DNA from: Turneriella sp.
GTDB taxonomy: Bacteria; Spirochaetota; Leptospiria; Turneriellales; Turneriellaceae
Assembly (NCBI GenBank): GCA_965279515.1
Contig: CBDIID010000003.1
Span: 3,168,001-3,232,000, forward strand
Reading direction: 5' to 3'
Length of the DNA: 64,000 nt
Shown: positions 39,102-51,143 of the stretch, one piece after another
Position numbering within the stretch: position 1 is the stretch's first letter
Layout of the letters: each line of letters opens with the position of its first letter
Translations under genes and position numbers: made by a program
The notes under the pieces: model-generated
Told to the model about the DNA's origin: nothing
The model's input: the letters and a program-made list of their open reading frames with translations, nothing else
The model's database searches: none

Positions 39102-40681
39102 GTATTGCCTCCGGAAGTGGCCTGATGCTGCTCGACAATCTTATTCTTCTGGATCTTGCCCGTCGCCGTTTTCGGAAAAGCTGTCACAAACTCAATCACC
39201 TTGGGCATCTTGTAGTTGGCAATTTTCTCCCGCAGGTAGGCGCGGATGTCCTTCGCGGTCAACGCCATGCCTTCTTTAAGAATGATAAAGGCGCCGACGA
39301 CTTCGCCGTAGGATTTATCCGGTATGCCGACAATCGCACACTCAGAGATAGCGTCATTTTTATAGAGAACTTCTTCAATCTCTTTCGGGTAGATATTTTC
39401 GCCACCCTGGATAATCATTTCTTTTTTGCGGCCCGTGATGTAGTAGTAACCCTCACTGTCGCGATGGCCTAAATCCCCTGTATGCAGCCAACCATCGACG
39501 ATCGTCGATTTGTTGGATTCTTCTTTTTTATAATAGCCCGTCATCATGTTGGGGCCCTTGATGACGATTTCGCCAATTTCGCCATCGGGCAAAAACTCAT
39601 TTCGGCCTTCGACGTTCGCGCTCACGATTGCCATCCCTTGCCCCGGAATCGATAAACCAATCGAACCGATCTTGCGCTTGCCGTGCATCGGGTTCAACGA
39701 CGAGACGCAGGTGCCTTCAGAGAGACCGTAACCCTCGATGATCTTGCCTTTGAACTTTTCTTCAAACTTGTTGAAGACCTCGACCGGCATCGGAGCCGCG
39801 CCGCAGATGCAAGCTTTGAGAAAGGAGAGATCTTGCCCTTCAGCTTCCTTGAGTTCGTTGAGAAAATTATAGATTGTTGGCACGCCGCTAAATGTTGTAC
39901 AACGGTATTTTTTCAGCGTGTCGATGAACGAGCGCGGTTTGAATCCCTCTTCGAGCACGACGGACGCCCCGGCCCACAGCGTCGCCATCATCGAGGCGAT
40001 CTGGGCATTGACATGGAAAAGCGGCATGATACAAAGCGCAGTGTCGTCCTTGGCGAGGTCGATCATCTGGTGGCAGACATAGCTGTTATAGAGAATATTG
40101 CCGTGCGTGAGTATGACGCCTTTCGGGTGCCCCGTTGTGCCCGAAGTGTAGATCATCGAGGCCTTGTCGCTGCTCTTCAGGTCGGTGCAGGTATAACGGG
40201 GGGATTTCTCCATCTGCTGATTCAGGATTTTTGCTTGCGGTGAGGCCTCGTCGGCAGCGGTGAGCACGAGGTGTTTTATTTTGCCGAGCTTTGCCCACAC
40301 CGGCTCGAGCACCTTGCGGAACTGCGGCGTCGTGATGAGAATCCCGGCGTCTGAATCGTTCAGAATATATTCGAGCTCATCGGCCTTGAGCAAGGTATTG
40401 ATCGTGACGGCGGTAAATCCGCCTTTCATGGCCCCGAACCAGGCGAACAAAAATTCGACGGAGTTGGGTATGAGCACGGCAATATGGTTGCCCTTTTGCG
40501 CACCGAGCGCCTGCAGCATTCCCGCGGCCTGGTCAGAGAGGGCGTCGAATTCTGCATACGACCAGGCTTTCTCATTGTAATAAAGATAGGTTTTGTCCGC
40601 ATGCTGCAGCACGCGCTCTTTCCACAGGGCGGCGATGGTCGGGCAGGGGGGGACGGTCTGGATATGGGCAAACGGGTTCAT
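39098..40681 (-). CDS. Long-chain acyl-CoA ligase (AMP-binding)
   Basis: YTSGTTGHPKG, EGYGLSE, TGDLG and TATGKIQK. Confidence 0.93.
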   Translation of the reverse strand: MNPFAHIQTVPPCPTIAALWKERVLQHADKTYLYYNEKAWSYAEFDALSDQAAGMLQALGAQKGNHIAVLIPNSVEFLFAWFGAMKGGFTAVTINTLLKADELEYILNDSDAGILITTPQFRKVLEPVWAKLGKIKHLVLTAADEASPQAKILNQQMEKSPRYTCTDLKSSDKASMIYTSGTTGHPKGVILTHGNILYNSYVCHQMIDLAKDDTALCIMPLFHVNAQIASMMATLWAGASVVLEEGFKPRSFIDTLKKYRCTTFSGVPTIYNFLNELKEAEGQDLSFLKACICGAAPMPVEVFNKFEEKFKGKIIEGYGLSEGTCVSSLNPMHGKRKIGSIGLSIPGQGMAIVSANVEGRNEFLPDGEIGEIVIKGPNMMTGYYKKEESNKSTIVDGWLHTGDLGHRDSEGYYYITGRKKEMIIQGGENIYPKEIEEVLYKNDAISECAIVGIPDKSYGEVVGAFIILKEGMALTAKDIRAYLREKIANYKMPKVIEFVTAFPKTATGKIQKNKIVEQHQATSGGNT

Positions 40682-40773
40682 TCAGGCCAGAACCGCCGCG
40701 AAAACGACTCCGTCAAGGAAGCTTAGGCAAAAAAAGTTGAATGCAAATTCCGCAAAAACCTGTCTATACTGCT

Positions 40774-41244
40774 ATGAGTCCGATTCGAACTTCACGCATT
40801 GCGCCCGTAGTGGCGCAGATGGGCTTTCGCGGGGTACTTGAGGCGGCCTATCTTTTTCGCCTGCTGTTGGAGCAGAAATCGAACCTGGCGACACGCACGG
40901 CGATGGCAAAGCTGTTTGGGTCGTGGTGGGGCGCAGCCACCCAGGAGAAGCAGTATTTCGAGCTCATCAGCACCTATGTGCTCTGCCACCATCAAAAAGA
41001 GTATTATGGTTATTTAAAGACGGAACGGATCAAGTACAAGTCCAACGATCTGCGCGCTGCGCGCGGGCATTTGATCCGCTACCTGAATGAAATACAGAGT
41101 TTGGGAAGTATGAGCGATGTCATCAACGACCTGACACCGCTGCAAAGCACCGCCGCTAACGCCCCATGGCCTGCCACAGCAATTCCAAATTATCTTTATC
41201 GAGCGAGTGCCCCTGATTCGGGAACTCATGATAGGTTACCGTAA
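40774..41244 (+). CDS. Hypothetical protein
   Basis: Fills an otherwise empty gap; 3' end overlaps the convergent hydrolase gene; no recognised motif. Confidence 0.45.
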   Translation: MSPIRTSRIAPVVAQMGFRGVLEAAYLFRLLLEQKSNLATRTAMAKLFGSWWGAATQEKQYFELISTYVLCHHQKEYYGYLKTERIKYKSNDLRAARGHLIRYLNEIQSLGSMSDVINDLTPLQSTAANAPWPATAIPNYLYRASAPDSGTHDRLP

Positions 41245-42001
41245 TACCGAGCTGCCCCTCAAGAAACTGCTTTGCCTCGGGCTGCTGCTCTTGCACACGC
41301 GGTGCGTCCTTTTTGCCGCCGACAGTGAGGATAACCGCCTTACCCTGTGTCAGGCGCGCGTATTCGGCCTTGCGCTGTTCGGGTGAAAGCATCGGGTTCG
41401 GCATAAAATACTGGCCATAGAAATTGCCCTTGAAGCTCGCCATGCCCGCATAATTAAAGAATATTTTATCGCGCTCGCCAGGTATGCCGGGGTCGATGCT
41501 CTGCACGAAGGTGAGTAACGCCGTGAGCCCGCCCGCCGAAAAACCGGTGACAAAGACTTTATTGGTATCGCCAACTTTTTTTTCGGCGAGGCGGGTCAGA
41601 ATGAGATTTGTACCCTGCCGCGAATCTTCGGCGGCTTCGACCATATTGCCCGAGAGCGGCCACCAGTTCTGTACGCTCAGCACCAGGAACTTCTTATCGG
41701 TCGCTGCCTTGTGCAGCACATTGCCGGCGTTTTTATAGAGCTTTTTGTCCTTACTGTTGCCGTGGTAAAAGACCACAATCGGTGCCGAAGCAAGTTCGGC
41801 GGGTGTCACCGTGGCGGGGATAAACAGCAGCGCGCGCACGCCGTCGGCGCCTGCAAAACGAAAAGATTCGCCGCGTGCCTGGATCTCGTGTTTGCCGGCC
41901 TTGCCATCGTCCAAAACCTTGGGAAACAGCACGTCGGCGGTCTGCGCCGAAAGGCTAAAGACCGCCAGCAAAAACAGTGGGACATAATTTTTAAGGGCCA
42001 T
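41156..42001 (-). CDS. Secreted alpha/beta-hydrolase
   Basis: Signal peptide, FYHG, nucleophile elbow GFSAGG and C-terminal GH. Confidence 0.82.
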   Translation of the reverse strand: MALKNYVPLFLLAVFSLSAQTADVLFPKVLDDGKAGKHEIQARGESFRFAGADGVRALLFIPATVTPAELASAPIVVFYHGNSKDKKLYKNAGNVLHKAATDKKFLVLSVQNWWPLSGNMVEAAEDSRQGTNLILTRLAEKKVGDTNKVFVTGFSAGGLTALLTFVQSIDPGIPGERDKIFFNYAGMASFKGNFYGQYFMPNPMLSPEQRKAEYARLTQGKAVILTVGGKKDAPRVQEQQPEAKQFLEGQLGITVTYHEFPNQGHSLDKDNLELLWQAMGR

Positions 42002-42086
42002 AGAGTATAAACAGGGGGAAATCCCACCTACGTCAAGTATAAGCGAAAATCACATGACGGGGCATGCGGCAAAAAGAGGATAACCC

Positions 42087-42536
42087 ATGGCTCTCGTCAA
42101 AAGCTCGCAGGAAATCACCAATTCGACCATCGGGCCGAACTCTTATTTTACCGGCCGTTTTTATATCAACGGCTCGCTCAAGATCGACGGTAAGTTCGAA
42201 GGCCGCGCTCTGCAGGCAGACCAGCTCTACATCGGCACCACTGGCAAGGTGAAGACCAGCGTCGCGGCGAACTCGGTGTTTGTCGAAGGCGTCATTATCG
42301 GTAATATTGCGGCGAAGAGCCGTGTGATGCTTTTGCCCACGGCGAAAATTTTCGGCGACATCAAAACACCCGAACTCATCATCCAGAACGGTGTGATTCT
42401 CGAAGGCCGCTGCGTGATCGCGAACGACCTCAAGGCATCGGCGAAAGACGTCATCGAAGCCGAGTATCTGAAAGACAACCTCAACGAAGGCATTCTCTTC
42501 CCGAAGAGTGCGCGTCCTGAGAAAGAAAAAGCATAA
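42087..42536 (+). CDS. Bactofilin (polymer-forming cytoskeletal protein)
   Basis: TIGPNSYFTG..SLKIDGKFEG..GDIKTPELIIQNGVILEG. Confidence 0.9.
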   Translation: MALVKSSQEITNSTIGPNSYFTGRFYINGSLKIDGKFEGRALQADQLYIGTTGKVKTSVAANSVFVEGVIIGNIAAKSRVMLLPTAKIFGDIKTPELIIQNGVILEGRCVIANDLKASAKDVIEAEYLKDNLNEGILFPKSARPEKEKA

Positions 42537-42569
42537 GCTGGTTTTCAGCTATTAATAGCTTCAGAAAAT

Positions 42570-42661
42570 AACCGCAAAGGACGCAAAGTTTCGCAAAGTA
42601 ATCGGAGCAGGCAGGAAAGCTTTGATATCTTCCTTTGCGTTTCTCTGCGTACTTTGCGGTT
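42570..42661. repeat. Gene-less inverted-repeat element of the same family as the GxxExxY cassette ends
   Basis: aaccgcaaaggacgcaaagtttcgcaaag - 34 nt - ctttgcgtttctctgcgtactttgcggtt (24/29 complementary). Confidence 0.8.
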
Positions 42662-42695
42662 GATTCTTGCAGTTCCTTAATTTCAGGAGATTAGC

Positions 42696-43745
42696 ATCGC
42701 TTCCCCAAATGCCACCTCTCCGGTTATTGTATCTCAGGGCGACGCCGCTGGTGCCGGCTGGTACGCCTTTAAAGAAATCATTGCATCGCATAAGAAATTC
42801 TTTCCGGTAAAAAAGAAGGATTTCCCCCTCATACGCCGCCTTGTTACAGTCGGTGATCTCTTCGACACCGAAGCCGACTTTGTCGAAAAACATTTCCATG
42901 TCACCGATTTTTCGGCAAAACCAGCAGTCATCGACGCGCTGCTCGCCGATAAAAAAATAAAAAAACCGATCTTTCTCGCCGTCGCGCGCGGCAAAAACCT
43001 CGAACCCGGCAAGGGCAATTCGCTGATTGCGCTGCGCTCGTACCACGCCTTCCAGAAGGCGATGAAACTGTTCCAGGAACATGCATCCTCTTCGCTGGTG
43101 ACCCTGCCGGTTTCGAAAGAACTCATCATGAAGGCCGGCATGACTTTTACCGGGCATACCGAAGAGCTCGCCGCGGCTTTTCAGAAAAAGGTCTTCATGT
43201 GCATGTACCACAGGAAGTTTTCCGTAATCCCGCTGACCAACCACATTCCCTTGGCGATGGTTTCGCGCAAACTCTATGAGGTCTCTATTGAAGATCTCGG
43301 GGAAACGCTGCACCAGTACACGGCAATATTCCAGCCTAAAGCCAAAACCGCGTGGTGCGGGGTGAATCCCCATTGCGGCGAGAACGGGCGCATCGGCAAC
43401 GAAGAAGAATTTGTACGCCGGGGAATTGACCTTTTGGCGAAAAAGGGCATCCCCGTCGACGGCCCGATTTCGGCTGACGCGGTCTTTACCAAGCACGTGC
43501 TCGGCAATTATTCCCTGGTGCTTGCCAACTACCACGACCAGGGGCTCATTCCCTTTAAGTCGCTGGCGGGCATGGCGGGCGTCAATACGACGCTGGGGTT
43601 GCCGCGGCTTCGGGTTTCACCCGACCACGGCACGGCGTTTCAGCAGACCGCCGCAAAACAGGTGGACGTGACAGGCGTGCTCGCGAGTTTGCGGTTTGCT
43701 TTTGGGTACGCGGAAAAATGGCAGCAGGCATCTCAGCAGCATTAG
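42696..43745 (+). CDS. pdxA: 4-hydroxythreonine-4-phosphate dehydrogenase; start codon unresolved
   Basis: SQGDAAGAG (at about 42732), VTLPVSKE, GHTEEL, NPHCGENG, YHDQGLIPFK and RVSPDHGTAF. Frame open from 42681. Confidence 0.9.
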   Translation: MASPNATSPVIVSQGDAAGAGWYAFKEIIASHKKFFPVKKKDFPLIRRLVTVGDLFDTEADFVEKHFHVTDFSAKPAVIDALLADKKIKKPIFLAVARGKNLEPGKGNSLIALRSYHAFQKAMKLFQEHASSSLVTLPVSKELIMKAGMTFTGHTEELAAAFQKKVFMCMYHRKFSVIPLTNHIPLAMVSRKLYEVSIEDLGETLHQYTAIFQPKAKTAWCGVNPHCGENGRIGNEEEFVRRGIDLLAKKGIPVDGPISADAVFTKHVLGNYSLVLANYHDQGLIPFKSLAGMAGVNTTLGLPRLRVSPDHGTAFQQTAAKQVDVTGVLASLRFAFGYAEKWQQASQQH

Positions 43746-44074
43746 CACTCGGCGCTCTCGCGCTGCTTTTTTTGACCTTTCGTAGCGGCGTTGCGCTCTA
43801 CCAGAAAATATTGGGCTATGCGACCCTGGCCGGGCTCGTTTATTTTTATTTTCCCGAATTGCAGCTGACGTATAAGCAGCTTACGGCGGGGGATTACAAG
43901 ACCGCGCTCAGGGAATTTGTTTCTGTTTTGCAGGTCGCCCTGCCGGTGCTCGCCTTCGCGCTGTTCTGGATGGCGTTTGTGGTCTCGTCGGCAATGGACG
44001 CGGGCAAAATACTTATTTTTCTCTTTATTCTTTTTCTCGCGTCGAGTATTGCGAAGATTATCTACCTGGTTTAA
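43718..44074 (+). CDS. Small integral membrane protein
   Basis: Four hydrophobic segments; overlaps the pdxA end. Confidence 0.7.
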   Translation: MAAGISAALALGALALLFLTFRSGVALYQKILGYATLAGLVYFYFPELQLTYKQLTAGDYKTALREFVSVLQVALPVLAFALFWMAFVVSSAMDAGKILIFLFILFLASSIAKIIYLV

Positions 44075-44208
44075 TTCAGGTCTTCTTTTTTCCAGGCCGC
44101 AGTACGCTTATAGGTTTTACGGGAAATATTCTGCGCTTTCGGGCGCTGGCGAATGAGCGTGCGGGGGGCTCTTTGTTTCACTTTGACGGTAATCTTCTGC
44201 GTTTTCAT
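44071..44208 (-). CDS. Small basic protein (45 aa)
   Basis: MKTQKITVKVKQRAPRTLIRQRPKAQNISRKTYKRTAAWKKEDLN; fills an intergenic gap. Confidence 0.5.
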   Translation of the reverse strand: MKTQKITVKVKQRAPRTLIRQRPKAQNISRKTYKRTAAWKKEDLN

Positions 44209-44296
44209 CAAAATCCCTGAGTTAAGTACGTAAGAAAACGCAGCTCCGGACATTTTTTAGGAAATCCGGGTTTACAATTTCAAAATACACAAACTC

Positions 44297-45910
44297 GTGC
44301 CCATAAAGCCGATGGATGCCGAGGTACTCAAGCATGAATTTTTCTTCGAGCACTCCCTGGATCTGTTAGCCATCGTCGGCAGCGACGGTTATTTTAAGCT
44401 CGTTAATCCGGCTTTCGAGCGCGTACTCGGTTACAGCGCCGCGGAAATGTATGCCAAGCCGGTGGTTGATTTTTTACACCCGGATGACGTGGCTAAAACC
44501 AAACGCGGTATTGCAACGCTCACGGGGGGATCTCCCACCATTGCTTCGAAAAACCGCTATCTCTGCAAAAATGGCGAGTACAAATGGATGTCGTGGAATT
44601 CAGCCCCGGTCGGCCCGAACTTTTATACAATTGGCAGGGATGTCACGGCTCAGGTCGCATCTGAAGAACAGATTCAGCTTCTTAACCAGGGGTTGCAGCG
44701 CAATAATGCCGACCTGGAGCAAGAGATTCAGGCCCGTCTTACAGAACTCAAACAGACCGAAGCGCAGGTTCAGCAGTTGCAGAAGATGGATGCGGTGGGC
44801 AGGCTCGCAGGTGGCATTGCCCATGACTTCAACAATATGTTGGCGGTCATCATGCTCAGCTGTGAACTCCTGAAAGAAGATCATGCGGATGGCGCAGCGG
44901 TCTTAGACCACGTCGAGTCGATCAGGGAAGTTACCGACCGTGCGGCAGCGCTGACGCGGCAGCTGCTCGTTTTCAGCAGAAAGCAGGTCACCCAGTTGCA
45001 GGCAGTCGATGTCAATGCATTGCTCATGCAACTGGAGAAAATGCTGAAACGGCTCATCGGCGAAAATATCCAGATTGTCCTGAAGCTTTCGGCCGATGCC
45101 AAACACGTCAGCGGCGACCCTAACCAGATGGAGCAGATCGTGATGAATCTCGTCGTGAATGCCCGCGATGCGATGCCTAATGGGGGCAAAATTACTATCG
45201 AAACGGCGAATGTGTATCTCGATGAAACTTTCACGAACAAACATTTGTCGGTCAGCGAAGGCGATTATGTGCTTTTCAGTGTCGCCGATGAAGGTACGGG
45301 CATGGACGCAGAAACCGTATCGAAAATATTCGAGCCCTTTTTTACGACAAAGCCGCCGGGCAAAGGTACGGGATTAGGTTTAACGACAACATACGGCATC
45401 GTCAAACAAAGCAACGGCACCATTTGGGTCTATAGCGAACCGGGACGGGGTACGGTTTTTAAGATTTATTTACCGATCGTCGAAAAAGCTGCGGCCGATC
45501 GCAGAGAGCTTTCCCTTACCGAAGCCAAGATTACCGGTAACGAAATCATTTTGCTCGTCGAGGATGATAAAAATCTGCGCAATGCATTCATGGCGATGAT
45601 GAAGAAAAAGGGCTATCAGGTGCTCGTTGCCGAAAATGGGCTCGAGGCACTAAAGATTGTCGAAACGCAGGGGGAAAAAATCGATCTGCTTCTGACGGAT
45701 ATCATCATGCCGGATATTAGCGGTTTTGAGCTGGCGAAGAGGGCAAAACTTGCTCAGCCTTCGCTGCGGGTGCTCTATATGTCAGGTTACACAAGCGATA
45801 CACTGGAAAGCTCTGGCATGGATCGTGTCGAAATTCTCGAATTCATCCAGAAGCCGTTCGGCATGGATACGTTGACGGCGAAGATTGCCGCGATTCTTAA
45901 CCCGCGCTGA
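44297..45910 (+). CDS. PAS hybrid histidine kinase/receiver
   Basis: PAS (FLHPDD), GIAHDFNN, NARDAM, GTGLGL and a receiver. Confidence 0.94.
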   Translation: MPIKPMDAEVLKHEFFFEHSLDLLAIVGSDGYFKLVNPAFERVLGYSAAEMYAKPVVDFLHPDDVAKTKRGIATLTGGSPTIASKNRYLCKNGEYKWMSWNSAPVGPNFYTIGRDVTAQVASEEQIQLLNQGLQRNNADLEQEIQARLTELKQTEAQVQQLQKMDAVGRLAGGIAHDFNNMLAVIMLSCELLKEDHADGAAVLDHVESIREVTDRAAALTRQLLVFSRKQVTQLQAVDVNALLMQLEKMLKRLIGENIQIVLKLSADAKHVSGDPNQMEQIVMNLVVNARDAMPNGGKITIETANVYLDETFTNKHLSVSEGDYVLFSVADEGTGMDAETVSKIFEPFFTTKPPGKGTGLGLTTTYGIVKQSNGTIWVYSEPGRGTVFKIYLPIVEKAAADRRELSLTEAKITGNEIILLVEDDKNLRNAFMAMMKKKGYQVLVAENGLEALKIVETQGEKIDLLLTDIIMPDISGFELAKRAKLAQPSLRVLYMSGYTSDTLESSGMDRVEILEFIQKPFGMDTLTAKIAAILNPR

Positions 45911-47009
45911 TCTCGTTATACCACTGCTGTGCATAACGATCGGTCATACCGGCGATGAAATCGGCAATGACCCTGTGAGCGCCCAGGATTTCCGTTCGTT
46001 CGAAAAAATCTTCCGGTAGCTTTTGAGGGTTAGCGACCAGGTAGTCGAAGATAGCGTGAATCATTTGCGTCGCGCGTTCGTTCATGCCGACTACATCTTT
46101 GTGGCGATAGAGATGGTGGAAGAGGAATTTTTTGAGCTGTTTTACACGCGCATCCATCGTCTCTGAGAATGTGATGAGCGGCGGTTTTGCAATATCGGCA
46201 TTGTATGCGAGAACGTCTTCGAAAGCGGAGAGCCCCGCCTTTGCGATGTGTGCCTGGGAGGTTGCGATGAGATCGCCTGCCATGCTATTGATGAGTTCAC
46301 GGATGGTCGCCCGGATACAAATTTTATCTTTTATCTGCGGGTATTTGCTGCGGATCATCGTAAAATTTTCCCGCCAGATATCCACCTCGTCGAGTGCTTT
46401 GAGTTGCAAATGGCCGCTGTCGAGACCATCATCGATGTCATGGTTATTGTAGGCGATCTCATCGCAGATGTCGACGATCATCGCCTCGAAGGCATGGCCT
46501 CGGCCCGCAGGCAGCGAGGCGTGCTTTTGCAGACTGGAACGCGTACCCTGAGTCAGGTTGAGCCCGGCGAACGCGGGGTAACGTTCTTCGAGCGTCGTTA
46601 CGATTCGCAATGTCTGTTCGTTGTGATCGAAGCCGCCATGCTCGCGCATTTTCTCATGCAAGGCGCGCTCTCCCGCATGACCAAAAGGGGGATGCCCCAT
46701 GTCATGCGCTAATGCTACGGTTTCGGTCAAATCTTCGTTGAGGCCGAGCGTGCGGGCAACAGTGCGTGCAATCTGCGCCACCTCGATCGAATGCGTCAGG
46801 CGTGTGCGGAAGTTGTCCCCCAAGTGGTTTACGAAGACCTGCGTCTTGTATTCAAGACGCCGGAAATATTTGGAGTGCACGACGCGGTCACGGTCGCGCT
46901 GAAAATCATTGCGCAGCGGGTGCGACTCTTCGGGAAACTCGCGGCTCTCGAAATATTTGCCTTGGGCGGCGAGCGGTGAGAGTACAACTAAAGTATTAGG
47001 CCGTATCAT
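45897..47009 (-). CDS. dgt: dGTP triphosphohydrolase (HD family)
   Basis: FRRLEYKTQVF, RTRLTHS, AHDMGHPPFGHAGE and DFIAGMTDRYA. Confidence 0.94.
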   Translation of the reverse strand: MIRPNTLVVLSPLAAQGKYFESREFPEESHPLRNDFQRDRDRVVHSKYFRRLEYKTQVFVNHLGDNFRTRLTHSIEVAQIARTVARTLGLNEDLTETVALAHDMGHPPFGHAGERALHEKMREHGGFDHNEQTLRIVTTLEERYPAFAGLNLTQGTRSSLQKHASLPAGRGHAFEAMIVDICDEIAYNNHDIDDGLDSGHLQLKALDEVDIWRENFTMIRSKYPQIKDKICIRATIRELINSMAGDLIATSQAHIAKAGLSAFEDVLAYNADIAKPPLITFSETMDARVKQLKKFLFHHLYRHKDVVGMNERATQMIHAIFDYLVANPQKLPEDFFERTEILGAHRVIADFIAGMTDRYAQQWYNEISAG

Positions 47010-47097
47010 GATCTATCATCGGACAGTAATCAGGGTCTGGCCGCAGCTGCGAACCTATTTCCTTGACGATCACCGCTCCTGAGATTATTGTTAAGGC

Positions 47098-47622
47098 ATG
47101 CCGAAAGTCTACCGTATCATACTGATCATCTTCGCGCTGGCTCTTTTGCAAAGCTGTAAAACGCCAAAACCTGTACATAAAAAACCAAGACCCGTACCCA
47201 CGGATTTTGTGGAACTGGCCGCGTTGGCCTTTCCCCCTGAAGGCGGAGTCAAAATGGAATACAGCGATGTTTTATGGGGCGAGCTTTATCAACTGCCGCG
47301 CTGGTATTTCCTGAAAATACCAGCAAGCGCCGCTGAGCAGGCCCCTTCGCCTCAAACCGTCGGGGGCAAAGCCTGGTACCTTGCGTTTACCGACGCGGGC
47401 AAATTGAAATATTATGCGAAGAAAAATCAGCACCTGGATGCAAAAGGCCAGGCACTCTATCTGACGATGACTCCGGGGCAGGCTGTCGAGTTTGCCCGCA
47501 CACATAATAACGGTCAGGTCGTCGGCGTGCGCTTTAATGAAGGGCAAAAGGCTGGCTGGTCCGGGCCGATGCATAATCTGACGTTGCTGCCTGAATATCT
47601 GAAAGCAAAGGGGTTGTACTGA
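47098..47622 (+). CDS. Lipoprotein, possibly SseB-like
   Basis: Lipobox LQSC; YLAFTD motif. Confidence 0.7.
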   Translation: MPKVYRIILIIFALALLQSCKTPKPVHKKPRPVPTDFVELAALAFPPEGGVKMEYSDVLWGELYQLPRWYFLKIPASAAEQAPSPQTVGGKAWYLAFTDAGKLKYYAKKNQHLDAKGQALYLTMTPGQAVEFARTHNNGQVVGVRFNEGQKAGWSGPMHNLTLLPEYLKAKGLY

Positions 47623-47676
47623 GCCGGTAACGGCCACTTTGTCTTGACTTCACGCGGCAATTGCAGATTCTTTACC

Positions 47677-48966
47677 ATGCTGAAATATTCCCGAGTTTTG
47701 TTTTCTTTCGCTGTTTTAACGTTGTTTGCCAATGCGACCTATGCGTGGCAAAACCATTACCTCTTCAACAGGGCTGCCCTCGAAGTTTTGCCTGAAGTTG
47801 CCAACGCGCCCAAGGTTCCCGTCGAGCGGCTCGAAGATTTTCTTCTCAAAGAACAAGAAGGCCTCGTTAAGCTCATGGCGCAGATTGAGGCCGATGCAAA
47901 ACTGACCTATGCCAAGGCGGCCCCGCAACCCGATGCACTGGCTTTTAAAGGCGGCGATGCCGCGACGATACGCAATAATTTCATGCGCGCGCTGCGCCTT
48001 AACCCCGGTACACCGCTCGGTTATTTTTTGCAAGTCGCACCTGGTCGTCCCTTGCCCGGTAAAAAATCCAACCCCGATATTGTCAGCATCTTTGGTGAAA
48101 AAGATCTCAAGCGCGCCTATGTATTTTATGATATCAAAAAGGGCGAGATGGTTGCCCCGCTCGAGGTGCTGGCAACCGCAGGCGATGAGCCGGATTTCGG
48201 CCTGGACATCAATCTCTTTACCGATAACAATCAGGATTTCAGCAAGAACTATGGCTTTGGTGAGCAGTCATTCGGCGACCCAAAACTTTATTACGGCTCA
48301 CAGGCGCCTTTCCACATCGGTTATTACCACGAATCGGGCATTATTTTTATGGCCGCTGGTTTTTTAAAACGCACCTACCCACGCTACCGTGTGCATCAGA
48401 ATCTGAGTCTTGCGCGTTACGCGTTCAAGACCGGGCATCCTTACTGGGGTTATCGTTTTCTCGGCTGGGGATTACACTATGTCGGCGACCTGACGCAACC
48501 CTACCATGCGCGTGTTTTGCCCAACTATGGCACGATGGGCATGCTGTGGATTAACATCAAGGCGATGATGGGTTTTGATACGGCAAAGAAAGAAGCGATC
48601 GAACGTATTTCAAACCGGCATACGACCATCGAGAACTATCATTTCTCGGTGCTGGCGGCGGCGTATGCGGAAAATAACCTCAAGCACCCTTTTCTGCAGG
48701 CAGTTATGGCAACGGATAAAGATAAAGGTTATGGTGCATTCGACGATAACTATGTCGTCGAGGTTTTAACTAAGGATAGCTACGGAATTTCCGATCGCAT
48801 CGATACGCTGATCGACGAGTCAAACCTGCTCAAAGGGTTTGCCGATGGAAACCTTTTGCCTGAAGTCAATAAGAAGGCGCTGGCAGAACTCGATACGGCT
48901 ATTACGGAGCATATGCGCGGCGTTGGCTCGCACCTGCGTAACTTCGTCCGGGCCGGGGTAAACTAG
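47677..48966 (+). CDS. Secreted zinc-dependent phospholipase C/P1 nuclease-fold protein
   Basis: Mature N-terminal Trp (AYA-WQNH), GWGLHYVGDLTQPYH and H...E motifs. Confidence 0.75.
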   Translation: MLKYSRVLFSFAVLTLFANATYAWQNHYLFNRAALEVLPEVANAPKVPVERLEDFLLKEQEGLVKLMAQIEADAKLTYAKAAPQPDALAFKGGDAATIRNNFMRALRLNPGTPLGYFLQVAPGRPLPGKKSNPDIVSIFGEKDLKRAYVFYDIKKGEMVAPLEVLATAGDEPDFGLDINLFTDNNQDFSKNYGFGEQSFGDPKLYYGSQAPFHIGYYHESGIIFMAAGFLKRTYPRYRVHQNLSLARYAFKTGHPYWGYRFLGWGLHYVGDLTQPYHARVLPNYGTMGMLWINIKAMMGFDTAKKEAIERISNRHTTIENYHFSVLAAAYAENNLKHPFLQAVMATDKDKGYGAFDDNYVVEVLTKDSYGISDRIDTLIDESNLLKGFADGNLLPEVNKKALAELDTAITEHMRGVGSHLRNFVRAGVN

Positions 48967-48984
48967 GCCCGGACGCGAAACGGG

Positions 48985-51093
<2,109 letters not shown>

Positions 51094-51143
51094 TCACAGA
51101 AATTACCGACGGGAAGCCGAACTGCCGATATTTAGAAAGGCCT

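Noticed and set aside
42570..42661. CGCARAG repeats (here and at 30797-31233) as a CRISPR array
   Set aside because: Units are 9-10 nt, inverted, without unique spacers, and no cas genes are present
42561..43535. 324-aa ORF on the - strand
   Set aside because: Antisense to pdxA, whose frame extends back to 42681
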